Part shown: positions 24,621 to 37,900 of the stretch, piece by piece
How positions within the stretch are numbered: position 1 is the first letter of the stretch
How the letters are laid out: each line of letters opens with the position of its first letter
Source of the DNA: Eledone cirrhosa
Lineage: Eukaryota
Assembly (NCBI GenBank): GCA_964016885.1
Contig: OZ024742.1
Coordinates: 358,484,001 to 358,548,000 of the forward strand
Length of the DNA stretch: 64,000 nucleotides
Direction: 5' to 3'
The notes under the pieces: generated by a model
What the model was told of the DNA's origin: nothing
Database searches by the model: none
The model's input: the letters and a program-made list of their open reading frames with translations, nothing else
Position numbers and translations under genes: made by a program

Positions 24621-24960
24621 AGGCTGTTTTAATATTATCATATCTTATTTTCAATTATTTTGGTATTTGGGAGTTTATTGAAGAACTTTAGAGATATAGT
24701 GTAGGAGATGAAGACAAAGACTAAAATATTTTGTGATCTCTGCAAAAGTAGCTGACATACTAACTGTGTAAAGATTCAAATATAAGATATTGGAATTTCC
24801 AATACTGAGAGAGTTTCAATCTCTACTGGCAGCAGTAATTCTAATGTTGGGTGTCTCTTTACTATAACAAACATATTCTTATAAGCTTCTAGACATGAAC
24901 AACATTTCTGGGAAAAACAAATAAAATATAAAGTCAAGTGAAGGATCTGAATGATAACAA

Positions 24961-25950
24961 CTGCTACTGCTGCTGCTGTTGCTGCTGGTAGTGGTGGTGG
25001 TGGTGGTGGTGAAGGTAGGTGTTGTGGTGGTGGTGGTGGTGAAGTTTGGTAGTTGTGGTGGTGGTGGTGAAGGTGTCATTGGTGGTGGTGGTGGTCATGG
25101 TGGTGGTGGTGAAGGTGTCATTGGTGGTGGTGGTGGCGGTGGTGAAGTTTGGTAGTCGTGGTGGTGGTGTAGCCATTGATGGTAACTGAAATAAGGTGTC
25201 CATTATTGACCTGAAGTTGGTAGTGTTTGAGGGTAGTGGTGGTGGTGATAGTGGTGGTGGTGGTGGTGGTCGTGGTAGTAGTGATAGTAGTGGTGGTGGA
25301 GGTGGTGGTGGTGGTGGTGGTGGTGATAGTAGTGGTGGTGGTGGTGATACTAGTGGTGGTGGTCATGCTAGTAGTGATAGTAGTGGTGGTGGAGGTGGTG
25401 GTGGTGGTGGTGGTGGTGATAGTAGTGGTAGTGATAGTAGTGGTGGTGGTGGTGGTGTTGGTGGTGGTGTGGTGGTGGTGATAATGGTGGTGGTGATAGT
25501 AGTGGTGGTGGTGGTGGTGGTGGTAGTAGTGATAGTAGTGGTGGTGGAGGTGGTGGTGGTGGTTGTGGTGGTGGTGATAGTAGTGGTAGTGATAGTAGTG
25601 GTGGTGGTGGTTTTGGTGGTGGTGTGGTGGTGGTGATAATGGTGGTGGTGATAGTAGTGGTGGTGGTAGTAGTGATAGTAGTGGTGGTGGAGGTGGTGGT
25701 GGTGGTGATAGTAGTGGTAGTGATAGTAGTGGTGGTGGTGGTGGTGGTGCTGGTGTGGTGGTGGTGATAATGGTGGGGGTGATAGTAGTGGTGGTGGTGG
25801 TGGTGATAATAGCAGTGGTGGTGGTAATAGTAGTGGTGGTGGTGGTGATAATAGCTGTGGTGGTGGTGATAGTAGTGGTGGTGGTGGTAGTGGTAGTGGT
25901 GGTGATGGTGGTGATAATGATGGTGAGAGTAGTGGTGGTGTTTGTGGGTA
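24961..25950. repeat. Compound trinucleotide microsatellite zone (CTG, then GGT, then GGT/AGT/GAT) leading into the large G/T array
   Basis: (CTG)n at 24961-24986, (GGT)n with GAAGGT/GAAGTTT interruptions to ~25170, ~60 bp complex sequence 25171-25232, then (GGT)n-GAT-AGT-AGT units. Confidence 0.92.
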
Positions 25951-28900
25951 GTGGTGGTGGTAGGTGTAGTTGTGGTAGTGGTGGTAGTGGTAGTGTTAAT
26001 GGTGGTAGGTGTAGTTGTGGTGGTGGTGGTAGTAGTAATGATGGTAGGTGTAGTTGTGGTGGTGGTGGTAGTGATAATGGTGGTAGGAATAGTCGTGGTG
26101 GTGGTGGTAGTTGTAATGGTGGTAGGTGAAGTTGTGCTGGTGGTTGTGGTAGTGGTAATAGTGGTAGGTGTAGTTGTGGTGGCGGTGGTAGTGGTAATGG
26201 TGGTAGGTGTTGTTGTGGTGGTGGTAGTGGCATTGGTGGTAGGTGTAGTTGTGGTGGTGGTAGTAGTGGTAATGATGGTAGGTGTAGTTGTGCTGGTGGT
26301 AATGGTAATGATGGTAGGTGTAGTTGTGGTGGTAGTGGTAATGATGGCAGGTGTAGTTGTTGTGGTGGTAGTGGTAATGATGGTAGGTGTTGTTGTGGTG
26401 TTAGTGGTAATGATGGTAGGTGTAGTTGTGGTGGTGGTAGTGGTAATGATGGTAGGTGTTGTTGTGGTGTTAGTGGTAATGATGGTAGGTGTAGTTGTGG
26501 TGGTGGTAGTGGTAATGGGGGTAGGTGTAGTTGGGGTGGTGGTGGTAGTGGTAATGATGGTAGGTGTAGTTGTGGTTGTGGTGGTAGTGGTAATGGTAGT
26601 AGGTGTAGTTGTGGTGATGGTGGTAGTTGTAATGGTGGTAGGTGTAGTTGTGGTGGTGGTGGTAGTGGTAATGGTGGTAGGTGTAGTTGTGGTGGTGGTG
26701 GTAGTGGTAATGGTAGTAGGTGTAGTTGTGGTGATGGTGGTAGTTGTAACGGTGGTAGGTGTAGTTGTGGTGGTGGTGGTAGTGGTAATGGTGGTAGGTG
26801 TAGTTGTGGTGGTGGTGGTAGTGGTAATGGTGGTAGGTGTAGTTGTGGTGGTGGTGGTAGTTGTAATGGTGGTAGGTGTAGTTGTGGTGGTGGTTGTTGT
26901 AGTGGTAATGGTGGTAGGTGTAGTTGTGGTGGTTGTGGTAGTGGTAGTGGTAGTGGTAGTGGTGGTAGGTGTAGTTGTGGTGGTGGTAGTTGTATTGGTA
27001 GTAGGTGTAGTTGTAGTGGTGGTGGTAGTGTTAATGGTGGTAGGTGTAGTTGTGGTGGTTGTGGTAGTGGTAGTGGTAGTGGTAGTTGTGGTAGGTGTAG
27101 TTGTGGTGGTGGTAGTTGTATTGGTAGTAGGTGTAGTTGTAGTGGTGGTGGTAGTGTTAATGGTCGTAGGTGTAGTTGTGGTGGTGGTAGTGGTAATGAT
27201 GGTAGGTGTAGTTGTGGTGGTGGTAGTGGTAATGATGGTAGGTGTAGGTGTGGTGGTTGTGGTAGTGGTTATGATGGTAGGTGTAGTTGTGGTGGTAGTG
27301 GTAATGGTGGTAAGTGTAGTTGTGGTGGTGGTAGTGGTAATGGGGGTAGGTGTAGTTGGGGTGGTGGTGGTAGTGGTAATGATGGTAGGTGTAGTTGTGG
27401 TTGTGGTGGTAGTGGTAATGATGGTAGGTGTTGTTGTGGTGTTAGTGGTAATGTTGGTAGGTGTAGTTGTGGTGGTGGTGGTGGTAGTGGTAATAGTGGT
27501 AGGTGTAGTTGTGGAGGTTGTGGTAGTAGGTAATGGTGGTAGGTGTAGTTGTGGTGGTGGTAATAATGGCAATGATGGTAGGTGTAGTTGTGGTGGTGGT
27601 GGTAGTGGTAATGGTAGTAGGTGTAGTTGTGGTGATGGTGGTAGTTGTAATGGTGGTAGGTGTAGTTGTGGTGGTGGTGGTAGTGGTAATGGTGGTAGGT
27701 GTAGTTGTGGTGGTGGTGGTAGTGGTAATGGTGGTAGGTGTAGTTGTGGTGGTGGTGGTAGTTGTAATGGTGGTAGGTGTAGTTGTGGTGGTGGTTGTTG
27801 TAGTGGTAATGGTGGTAGGTGTAGTTGTGGTGGTTGTGGTAGTGGTAGTGGTAGTGGTAGTGGTGGTAGGTGTAGTTGTGGTGGTGGTAGTTGTATTGGT
27901 AGTAGGTGTAGTTGTAGTGGTGGTGGTAGTGTTAATGGTGGTAGGTGTAGTTGTGGTGGTTGTGGTAGTGGTAGTGGTAGTGGTAGTTGTGGTAGGTGTA
28001 GTTGTGGTGGTGGTAGTTGTATTGGTAGTAGGTGTAGTTGTAGTGGTGGTGGTAGTGTTAATGGTCGTAGGTGTAGTTGTGGTGGTGGTAGTGGTAATGA
28101 TGGTAGGTGTAGTTGTGGTGGTGGTAGTGGTAATGATGGTAGGTGTAGGTGTGGTGGTTGTGGTAGTGGTAATGATGGTAGGTGTAGTTGTGGTGGTAGT
28201 GGTAATGGTGGTAAGTGTAGTTGTGGTGGTGGTGGTAGTAGTTGTAATGGTGGTAGGTGTAGTTGTGGTGGTGGTTGTGGTAGTGGTAATGGTGGTAGGT
28301 GTAGTTGTGGTGGTAGTGGTAATGGTGGTAGGTGTAGTTGTGGTGGTGGTAGTTGTATTGGTAGTAGGTGTAGTTGTAGTGGTGGTGGTAGTGTTAATGG
28401 TGGTAGGTGTAGTTGTGGTGGTTGTGGTAGTGGTAGTGGTAGTGGTAGTGGTGGTAGGTGTAGTTGTGGTGGTGGTAGTTGTATTGGTAGTAGGTGTAGT
28501 TGTAGTGGTGGTGGTAGTGTTAATGGTCGTAGGTGTAGTTGTGGTGGTGGTAGTGGTAATGATGGTAGGTGTAGTTGTGGTGGTGGTAGTGGTAATGATG
28601 GTAGGTGTAGGTGTGGTAGTTGTGGTAATGGTAATGATGGTAGGTGTAGTTGTGGTGGTAGTGGTAATGGTGGTAAGTGTAGTTGTGGTGGTGGTGGTAG
28701 TTGTAATGGTGGTAGGTGTAGTTGTGGTGGTGGTTGTGGTAGTGGTAATGGTGGTAGGTGTAGTTGTGGTGGTAGTGGTAATGGTGGTAGGTGTAGTTGT
28801 GGTGGTGGTGGTAGTGGTAATGGTGGTAGGTGTAGTTGTGGTGGTGGTGGTAGTTGTAATGGTGGTAGGTGTAGTTGTGGTGGTGGTTGTGGTAGTGGTA

Positions 28901-31900
28901 ATGGTGGTAGGTGTAGTTGTGGTGGTAGTGGTAATGGTGGTGGTTGTGGTAGTGGTAGTGGTGGTAGGTGTGATTGAAGTGGTGGTGGTGGTAGTGGTTT
29001 TAGGTGTAGTTGTGGTGGTAGTGGTAATGTTGGTAGGTGTAGTTGTGCTGGTGGTGGTGGTAGTGGATGTAGGTGTAGTTGTGGTGGTGGTAGTGGTAAG
29101 GATGGTAGGTGTAGTTGTGGTGGTGGTAGTGGTAACGTTGGTAGGTGTAGTTGTGGTGGTGGTAGTGGTAATGATGGTAGGTGTAGTCGTAGTGGTAGTG
29201 GTAATGATGGTAGGTGTAGATGTGGTGGTGGTAGTGGTAATGGTGGTAGGTGTAGTTGTGGTGGTGGTAGTGGTAATGGTGGTAGGTGTAGTTGTGGTGG
29301 TGGTAGTGGTAATGATGGTAGGTGTAGTTGTGGCGGTAGTGGTAATGATGGTTGGTGTTGTTGTGGTGGTGGTAGTCGTAATGTTGGTAGATGTAGTTGT
29401 AGTGATGGTGGTGGTAGTGGTAATAGTGGTAGGTGTAGTTGTGGAGGTTGTGATAGTGGTAATGGTGGTAGGTGTAGTTGTTTTGGTGGTGGTAATGGTA
29501 ACGGTGGTAGGTGTAGTTGTGTTGGTGGTAGTTGTAATGGTAATGGTGGTAGGTGTAGTTGTGGTTGTGGTTGTGATAGTGGTAATGGTTGTAGGTGTAG
29601 ATGTGGTGGTGGTGGTAGTGGTAACGGGGGTAGATGTAGTTGTGGTGGAGGTGGTAGTTGTAATGGTGGTAGGTGTAGTTGTGGTGGTGGTTGTGGTAGT
29701 GGTAATGGTGGTAGGTGTAGTGGTGGTGGTTGTGGTAGTGGTGGTACGTGTAGTTGTGGTGGTGGTAGTAGTGGTAATGGTGGTAGGTGTAGTTGTGGTG
29801 GTAGTGGTGGTAGGTGTAGTTGTGGTTGTGGTAGTAGTGGTAATGGAGGTAGGTGTAGTTGTGGTGGTGGTAGTAGTGGTAATTGTGGTAGGTGTGGTTG
29901 TGGTAGTGGTGGTAGGTGTAGTTGTTGTGTTGGTGGTAGTGGTAATGGTGGTAGGTGTAGTTGTGGTTGTGGTTGTGGTAGTGGTAATGGTGGTAGGTGT
30001 AGTTGTTGTGTTGGTGGTAGTGGTAATGGTGGTAGGTGTAGTTGTCGTGGTGGTGGTAGTGGTAATGGTGGTAGGTGTTGTTGTGGTGGAGGTGGTAGTT
30101 GTAATGGTGGTAGGTGTAGTTGTGGTTGTGGTTGTGGTAGTGGTAATGGTGGTAGGTGTAGTTGTGGTGGTGGTGGTTGTGGTAATGGTGGTAGGTGTAG
30201 TTGTCGTGGTGGTGGTAGTGGTAATGGTGGTAGGTGTATTTGTGGTGGTGATGGTAGTGGTAATGGTGGTAGGTGTAGTTGTGGTGGAGGGGGTAGTTGT
30301 AATGGTGGTAGGTGTAGGTGTAGTGGTGGTTGTGGTAGTGGTAATGGTGGTAGGTGTAGTTGTGGTGGTGGTGGTAGTGGTAATGGTGGTAGGTGTAGTT
30401 GTGGTGGTGGTGGTAGTGGTAATGGTGGTAGGTGTAGTTGTGGTGGGGTTAGTGGTATTGGTGGTAGGTGTAGTTGTGGTGGTGGTAGTAGTGGTAATGG
30501 TCGTAGGTGTAGTTGCGGTGGTGGTGGTAGTGTTAATGGTCGTAGGTGTAGTGATGGTGGTAGTGGTAATGGTCGTATGTGTAGTTGTGGTGGTGGTAGT
30601 GGTAATGATGGTAGGTGTAGTTGTGGTGGTAGTAGTAATGGCGGTAGGTTTAGTTGTGGTGGTAGTGGTAATGATGGTAGGTGTAGTTGTGGTGGTTGTG
30701 GTACTTGTAATGATGGTAGGTATAGTTGTGATGGTGGTGATAGTGATAATGGTCGTAGGTGTAGTTGTGTGGGTGGTGCTAGTGGTAATGGTGGTAGGTG
30801 TAGTTGTGGTTATGGTGATAGTGGTAATGATGGTAGGTGTAGTTGTGGTGGTAGTGGTAATGTTGGTTGGTGTAGTTGTGGTGGTGGTAGTGGTAATGGT
30901 GGTAGGTGTAATTGTGGTGGTTGTGGTAGTGGTAGTAGTAATGATTGTAGGTGTAGTTATGGTGGTAGTAGTGGTATTTGTGGTAGATGTAGTTGCGGTG
31001 CTGGTAGTAGTGGTAATGATGGTAGGTGTAATGTGGTGGTAGTAGTGGTAATGATGGTAGGTGTAGTTGTGCTGGTGGTGGAGGTAGTGGTAATGATGGT
31101 AGGTGTAGTTGTGGTGGTGGTAGTGGTAATGATGGTTGGTGTATTTGTGGTGGTGGTAGTGGTAATGGTGGTAGCTGTAGTTGCGGTGGTGGTGGTAGTG
31201 GTAGTGGTAATGGTGGTAGCTGTAGTTGTGGTGGTTGTGGTAGTGGTAGTGGTAATGGCGGTAGGTGTTGTTGTGGTGGTGTTAGTGGTATTGGTGGTAG
31301 GTGTAGTTTTGGTGGTGGTAGTAGGGGTAATGATGGTATGTGTAGTTGTGGTGGTGGTAGTGGTAATGGTTGTAGGTGTAGATGTGGTGGTGGTGGTAGT
31401 GGTAACGGTGGTAGGTGTAGTTGTGGTGGAGGTGGTAGTTGTAATGGTGGTAGGTTTAGTTGTGGTGGTGGTAGTAGTGGTAATGGAGGTAGGTGTAGTT
31501 GTGGTGGTGGTAGTATTGGTAATTGTGGTAGGTGTGGTTGTGGTAGTGGTGGTAGGTGTAGTTGTGGTGGTGGTAGTAGTGGTAATGGTGGTAGGTGTAG
31601 TTGTCGTGGTGGTGGTAGTGGTAATGGTGGTAGGTGTATTTGTGGTGGTGATGGTAGTGGTAATGGTGGTAGGTGTAGTTGTGGTGGAGGGGTTAGTTGT
31701 AATGGTGGTAGGTGTAGGTGTAGTGGTGGTTGTGGTAGTGGTAATGGTGGTAGGTGTATTTGTGGTGGTGGTGGTAGTGGTAATGGTGGTAGGTGTAGTT
31801 GTGGTGGGGTTAGTGGTATTGGTGGTAGGTGTAGTTGTGGTGGTGGTAGTAGTTGTAATGGTCGTAGGTGTAGTTGCGGTGGTGGTGGTAGTGTTAATGG

Positions 31901-34900
31901 TCGTAGGTGTAGTGATGGTGGTAGTGGTAATGGTCGTATGTGTAGTTGTAGTGGTGGTAGTGGTAATGATGGTAGGTGTAGTTGTGTAGGTAGTAGTAAT
32001 GGTGGTAGGTTTAGTTGTGGTGGTAGTGGTAATGATGGTAGGTGTAGTTGTGGTGGTTGTGGTACTGGTAATGATGGTAGGTATAGTTGTGATGGTGGTG
32101 ATAGTGACAATGGTCGTAGGTGTAGTTGCGTGGGTGGTGCTAGTGGTAATGGTGGTAGGTGTAGTTGTGGTTATGGTGATAGTGGTAATGATGGTAGGTG
32201 TAGTTGTGGTGGTAGTGGTAATGTTGGTTGGTGGAGTTGTGTTGGTGGTAGTGGTAATGGTGGTAGGTGTAATTGTGGTGGTTGTGGTAGTGGTAGTAGT
32301 AATGATTGTAGGTGTAGTTGTGGTGGTAGTAGTGGTATTTGTGGTAGATGTAGTTGCGGTGGTGGTAGTAGTGGTAATGATGGTAGGTGTAGTTGTGGTG
32401 GTAGTAGTGGTAATGATGGTAGGTGTAGTTGTGCTGATGGTGGAGGTAGTGGTAATGATGGTAGCTGTAGTTGTGGTGGTGGTAGTGGTAATGATGGTAG
32501 GTGTATTTGTGGTGGTGGTAGTGGTAATGGTGGTAGCTGTAGTTGCGGTGGTGGTGGTAGTGGTAGTGGTAATGGTGGTAGCTGTAGTTGTGGTGGAGGT
32601 GGTAGTGGTAGTGGTAATGGCGGTAGGTGTTGTTGTGGTGGTGTTAGTGGTATTGGTGGTAGGTGTAGTTTTGGTGGTGGTAGTAGTGGTAATGATGGTA
32701 GGTGTAGTTGTGGTGGTGGTAGGTGTAGTTGTGGTGGTAGTGGTAATGATGTTAGGTGTAGTTGTGGTGGTGGTAGTGGTAATATTGTTAGGTGTAGTTG
32801 TGGTGGTGGTGGTGGTAGTGGTAATGGTGGTAGGTGTAGTTGTGGTGGTTCTGGTAGTGGTAATGATGGTAGGTGTAGTTGTAGTGGTGTTAGTGGTAAT
32901 GGTGGTAGGTGTAGTGGTGATGGTTGTGGTAGTGATAGTGGTGGTATGTGTAGTTGTGGTGGTGGTAGTGGTAATGATGGTAGGTGTAGTTGTGGTGGTA
33001 GTGGTAATGGGGGTAGGAATAGTTGTGGTGGTGGTGGTAGTTGTGTTAGGTGTAGTTGTGGTTGTGGTAGTAGTGGTAATGATGGTAGTTGTAGTTGTTG
33101 TTGTGGTAGTGGTAATGATGGTAGGTGTTGTTGTGGTGGTAGTGGTAATGATGGTAGGTGTGGTTGTGGTGGTGGTAGTGGTAATGTTGGTAGGTGTAGT
33201 TGTGGTGTTGATGGTGGTAGTGGTAAGGGTGGTAGGTGTAGTTGTGGTGGTTGTGGTAGTGGTAATGATGGTAGGTGTAGTTGTGGTGGTGGTAGTGGTA
33301 ATGGTGCTAGGTGTAATTGGGGTGGTGGTGGTAGTGGTAATGATGGTAGGTGTAGTTATGGTGGTGGTAGTGGTAATGATGGTAGGTGTAGTTATGGTGG
33401 TAGTGGTAATGATCGTAGGTGTGGTTGTGGTGGTGGTGGTAATGATGGTAGGTGTAGTCGTGGTGGTGGTGGTGGTAGTGGTAATGGTGGTAGGTGTAGT
33501 TGTGGTGGTGGTGGTAGTGGTAATGATGGTAGGTGTAGTTGTGGTGGTGGTATTGGTAATGATGGTAGGTGTAGTTGTGGCGGTAGTGGTAATGATGGTT
33601 GGTGTTGTTGTGGTGGTGGTAGTCGTAATGTTGGTAGATGTAGTTGTGGTGATGGTGGTGGTAGTGTTAATGGTGGTAGGTGTAGTTGTTTTGGTGGTGG
33701 TAATGGTAATGGTGGTAGGTGTAGTTGTGGTGGTGGTAGTGGTATGGGTAATGGTGGTAGGTGTAGTTGTGGTTGTGGTTGTGGTTGTGGTAGTAGTAAT
33801 GGTTGTAGGTGTAGATGTGGTGGTGGTGGTAGTGGTAACGGTGGTAGGTGTAGTTGTGGTGGAGGTGGTAGTTGTAATGGTGGTAGTTGTAGTTGTGGTG
33901 GTGGTGGTAGTGGTAATGGTTGTAGGTGTAGTGGTGGTGGTTGTGTTAGTGGTGGTTGTGGTAGTGGTGGTAGGTGTAGTTGTGGTGGTGGTAGTAGTGG
34001 TAATGGTGGTAGTAGTAGTTGTGGTGGTAGTGGTGGTAGGTGTAGTTGTGGTTGTGGTAGTAGTGGTAATGGTGGTAGGTGTGGTTGTGGTAGTGGTGGT
34101 AGGTGTAGTTGTGGTGGTGGTAGTAGTGGTAATGGTTGTAGGTGTGGTTGTGGTGGTGGGGGTAGTATTGGTGGTATGTGTAGTTGTGGTGGTGGTAGTA
34201 TTGGTTGTGGTGGTAGGTGTAGTTGTGGTGGTGTTACTAGTGGTAATGTTGGTAGGTGTAGTTGTGGTGGTGGTAGTGGTAATGATGGTAGGTGTAGTTT
34301 GTGGTGGTAGTGGTAATGTTGTTAGGTGTAGTTGTGGTGGTGGTGGTGGTAGTGGTAATGGTTGTAGGTGTAGTTGTGGTGGTTGTGGTAGTGGTAATGA
34401 TGGTAGGTGTAGTTGTGGTGGTTGTGGTAGTGGTAATGATGGTAGGTGTAGTTGTGGTGGTTGTAGTGGTAATGGTGGTAGGCGTAGTTGTGGTGGTGTT
34501 GGTAGTGGTAATGATGGTAGGTGTAGTTGTGGTGCTTGTAGTGGTAATGGTGGTAGGCGTAGTTGTGGTGGTGGTGGTAGTGGTAATAGTGGTAGGTGTA
34601 GTTGTGGTGGCGGTGGTAGTGGCAATGTTGGTAGGTGTGGTTGTGGTTGTGGTAGTGGTAATGGTGGTAGGTGTAGTTGTGGTGGTGGTGGTAGTGGCAA
34701 TGATGGTAGGTGTAGTTGTGGTTGTGGTAGTGGTAATGGTGGTAGGTGTAGTTGTTGTGTTGGTGGTAGTGGTAATGTTGGTAGGTGTAGTTGTCGTGGT
34801 GGTGGTAGTGGTAATGGTGGTAGGTGTAGTTGTGGTGGTGGTGGTAGTGGTAATGGTGGTAGGTGTTGTTGTGGTGGAGGTGGTAGTTGTAATGGTGGTA

Positions 34901-37900
34901 GGTGTAGTTGTGGTTGTGGTTGTGGTAGTGGTAATGGTGGTAGGTGTAGTTGTGGTGGTGGTGGTGGTAGTGGTAATGCTGGTATGTGTAGTTGTGGTGG
35001 ATGTGGTAGTTGTAATGGTGGTAGGTGTAGTTGTAGTGGTGGTTGTGGTAGTGGTAATGGTGGTAGGTGTAGTTGTGGTGGTGGTGGTTGTGTTAATGGT
35101 GGTAGGTGTAGTTGTGGTGGTGGTAGTGGTATTGGTGGTAGGTGTAGTTGTGGTGGTGGTAGTTGTGGTAATGGTCGTAGGTGTAGTTGCGGTGGTGGTG
35201 GTAGTGTTAATGGCCGTAGGTGTAGTGATGGTGGTAGTGGTAATGGTCGTATGTGTAGTTGTAGTGGTGATGGTGGTAATGATGGTAGGTGTAGTTGTGG
35301 TGGTAGTGGTAATGGTGGTAGGTTTAGTTGTGGTGGTAGTGGTAATGATGGTAGGTGTAGTTGTGGTGGTTGTGGTAGTGGTAATGATGGTAGGTATAGA
35401 TGTGATGGTGGTGATAGTGATAATGGTCGTAGGTGTAGTTGTGTGGGTGGTGCTAGTGGTAATGGTGGTAGGTGTAGTTGTGGTTATGGTGATAGTGGTA
35501 ATGATGGTAGGTGTAGTTGTGGTGGTAGTGGTAATGTTGGTTGGTGGAGTTGTGGTGGTGGTAGTGGTAATGGTGGTAGGTGTAATTGTGGTGGTTGTGG
35601 TAGTGGTAGTAGTAATGATTGTAGGTGTAGTTGTGGTGGTAGTAGTGGTATTTGTGGTAGATGTAGTTGCGGTGGTGGTAGTAGTGGTAATGATGGTAGG
35701 TGTAGTTGTGGTGGTAGTAGTGGTAATGATGGTAGGTGTAGTTGTGCTGGTGGTGGAGGTAGTGGTAATGATGGTAGGTGTAGTTGTGGTGGTGGTAGTG
35801 GTAATGATGGTAGGTGTAGTTGTGGTGGTGGTAGTGGTAATGGTGGTAGCTGTAGTTGCGGTGGTGGTGGTAGTGGTAATGGTAATGGTGGTAGCTGTAG
35901 TTGCGGTGGTGGTGGTAGTGGTAATGGTAATGGTGGTAGCTGTAGTTGTGGTGGAGGTGGTAGTGGTAGTTGTTGTTGTGGTGGTGTTAGTGGTATTGGT
36001 GGTAGGTGTAGTTGTGGTGGTGGTAGTAGTGGTAATGATGGTATGTGTAGTTGTGGTGGTGGTAGTGGTAATGATGGTATGTGTAGTTGTGGTGGTGGTG
36101 GTAGTGGTAATGATGGTAGGTGTAGTTGTGGTGGTGGTAGTGGTAATGATGGTAGGTGTAGTTGTGGTGGTAGTGGTAATGATGTTAGGTGTAGTTGTGG
36201 TGGTGGTAGTGGTAATATTGTTAGGTGTATGTGTGGTGGTGGTGGTGGTGGTAGTGGTAATGGTGGTAGGTGTAGTTGTGGTGGTTGTGGTAGTGGTAAT
36301 GATGGTAGGTGTAGTTGTGGTGGTGTTAGTGGTAATGGTGGTATGTGTAGTGGTGATGGTTGTGGTAGTGATAGTGGTGGTAGTGGTAATGGGGGTAGGT
36401 GTAGTTGTGGTGGTGGTGGTAGTGGTGGTAGGTGTAGTTGTGGTTGTGGTAGTAGTGGTAATGGAGGTAGGTTTAGTTGTGGTGGTGGTAGTAGTGGTAA
36501 TGGTGGTAGGTGTGGTTGTGGTGGTGGTGGTAGGTGTAGTTGTGGTCTTTATACTAGTGGTAATGTTGGTAGGTGTAGTTGTGCTGGTGGTGGTGGTATT
36601 GGTAATGATGGTAGGTGTAGTTGTGGTGGTAGTGGTAATGGTTGTTTGTGTAGTTGTGGTGGTGGTAGTGGTAATTGTGGTAGGCGTAGTTGTGGTGGTG
36701 GTGGTAGTGGTAGTGGTAATGGTGGTAGGTGTTGTTGTGGTGGTAGTAGTGGTATGGGTGGTAGGTGTAGTTGTGGTGGTGGTAGTAGTGGTAATGATGG
36801 TAGGTGTAGTTGTGGTGGTGGTATGGTAATGATGGTAGGTGTAAATGTGGTGGTGGTGGTAGTGGTAATGATGGTAGTTGTAGTTGTGGTGGTAGTGGTA
36901 ATGATGGTAGGTGTGGTTGTGGTGGTGGTAGTGGTAATGTTGGTAGGTGTAGTTGTGGTGTTGATGGTGGTAGTGGTAAGGGTGGTAGGTGTAGTTGGGG
37001 TGGTGGTGGTAGTGGTAATGATGGTAGGTGTAGTTGTGGTGGTGGTAGTGGTAATGATGGTAGGTGTAGTTGTGGTGGTGGTAGTGGTAATGATGGTAGG
37101 TGTGGTTGTGGTGGTATTGGTAATGATGTTAGGTGTAGTTGTGGTGGTGGTAGTGGTAATATTGTTAGGTGTAGTTGTGGTGGTGGTGGTGGTAGTGGTA
37201 ATGGTAGTAGGTGTAGTTGTGGTGGTTGTGGTAGTGGTAATGATGGTAGGTGTAGTTGTGGTGGTGTTAGTGGTAATGATGGTAGGTGTAGTTGTGGTGG
37301 TGTTAGTGGTAATGGTGGTAGGTGTAGTGGTGATGGTTGTGGTAGTGATAGTGGTGGTATGTGTAGTTGTGGTGGTGGTAGTGGTAATGATGGTAGGTGT
37401 AGTTGTGGTGGTAGTGGTAATGGGGGTAGGTGTAGTTGTGGTGGTGGTAGTAGTGGTAATGGTGGTAGGTGTTGTTGTGGTGGTGGTGGTAGGTGTAGTT
37501 GTGGTCTTTATACTAGTGTTAATGTTGGTAGGTGTAGTTGTGCTGGTGGTGGTGGTATTGGTAATGATGGTAGGTGTACTTGTGGTAGTAGTGGTAATGG
37601 TGGTTTGTGTAGTTGTGGTGGTGGTAGTGGTAATTGTTGTAGGCGTAGTTTTGGTGGTGGTGGTAGTGGTAGTGGTAATGGTGGTAGGTGTTGTTGTGGT
37701 GGTAATAGTGGTATAGGTGGTAGGTGTAGTTGTGGTGGTGGTAGTAGTGGTAATGATGGTAGGTGTAGTTGTGGTGGTGGTAATGGTAATGATGGTAGGT
37801 GTAAATGTGGTGGTGGTGGTAGTGGTAATGATGGTAGTTGTAGTTGTTGTTGTGGTAGTGGTAATGATGGTAGGTGTTGTTGTGGTGGTAGTGGTAATGA

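Larger units (their letters stand above)
23294..24761 (+). repeat. Old, diverged tandem duplication of a ~280-bp unit, each copy split by a TE insertion
   Basis: Left halves 23294-23456 and 23956-24086 share ATGT.AACTAATAG, ATCCTTCATCAAATATA, TGTTAATATTTCA, ATCTCTTA, ATTCTTCT; right halves 23614-23727 and ~24646-24761 share AGTTTATTG.AGAA, TTTAGAGATATA, TAGGAGATGAAGACAAAGA, AGTAGCTG.CAT.CT. Confidence 0.85.
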
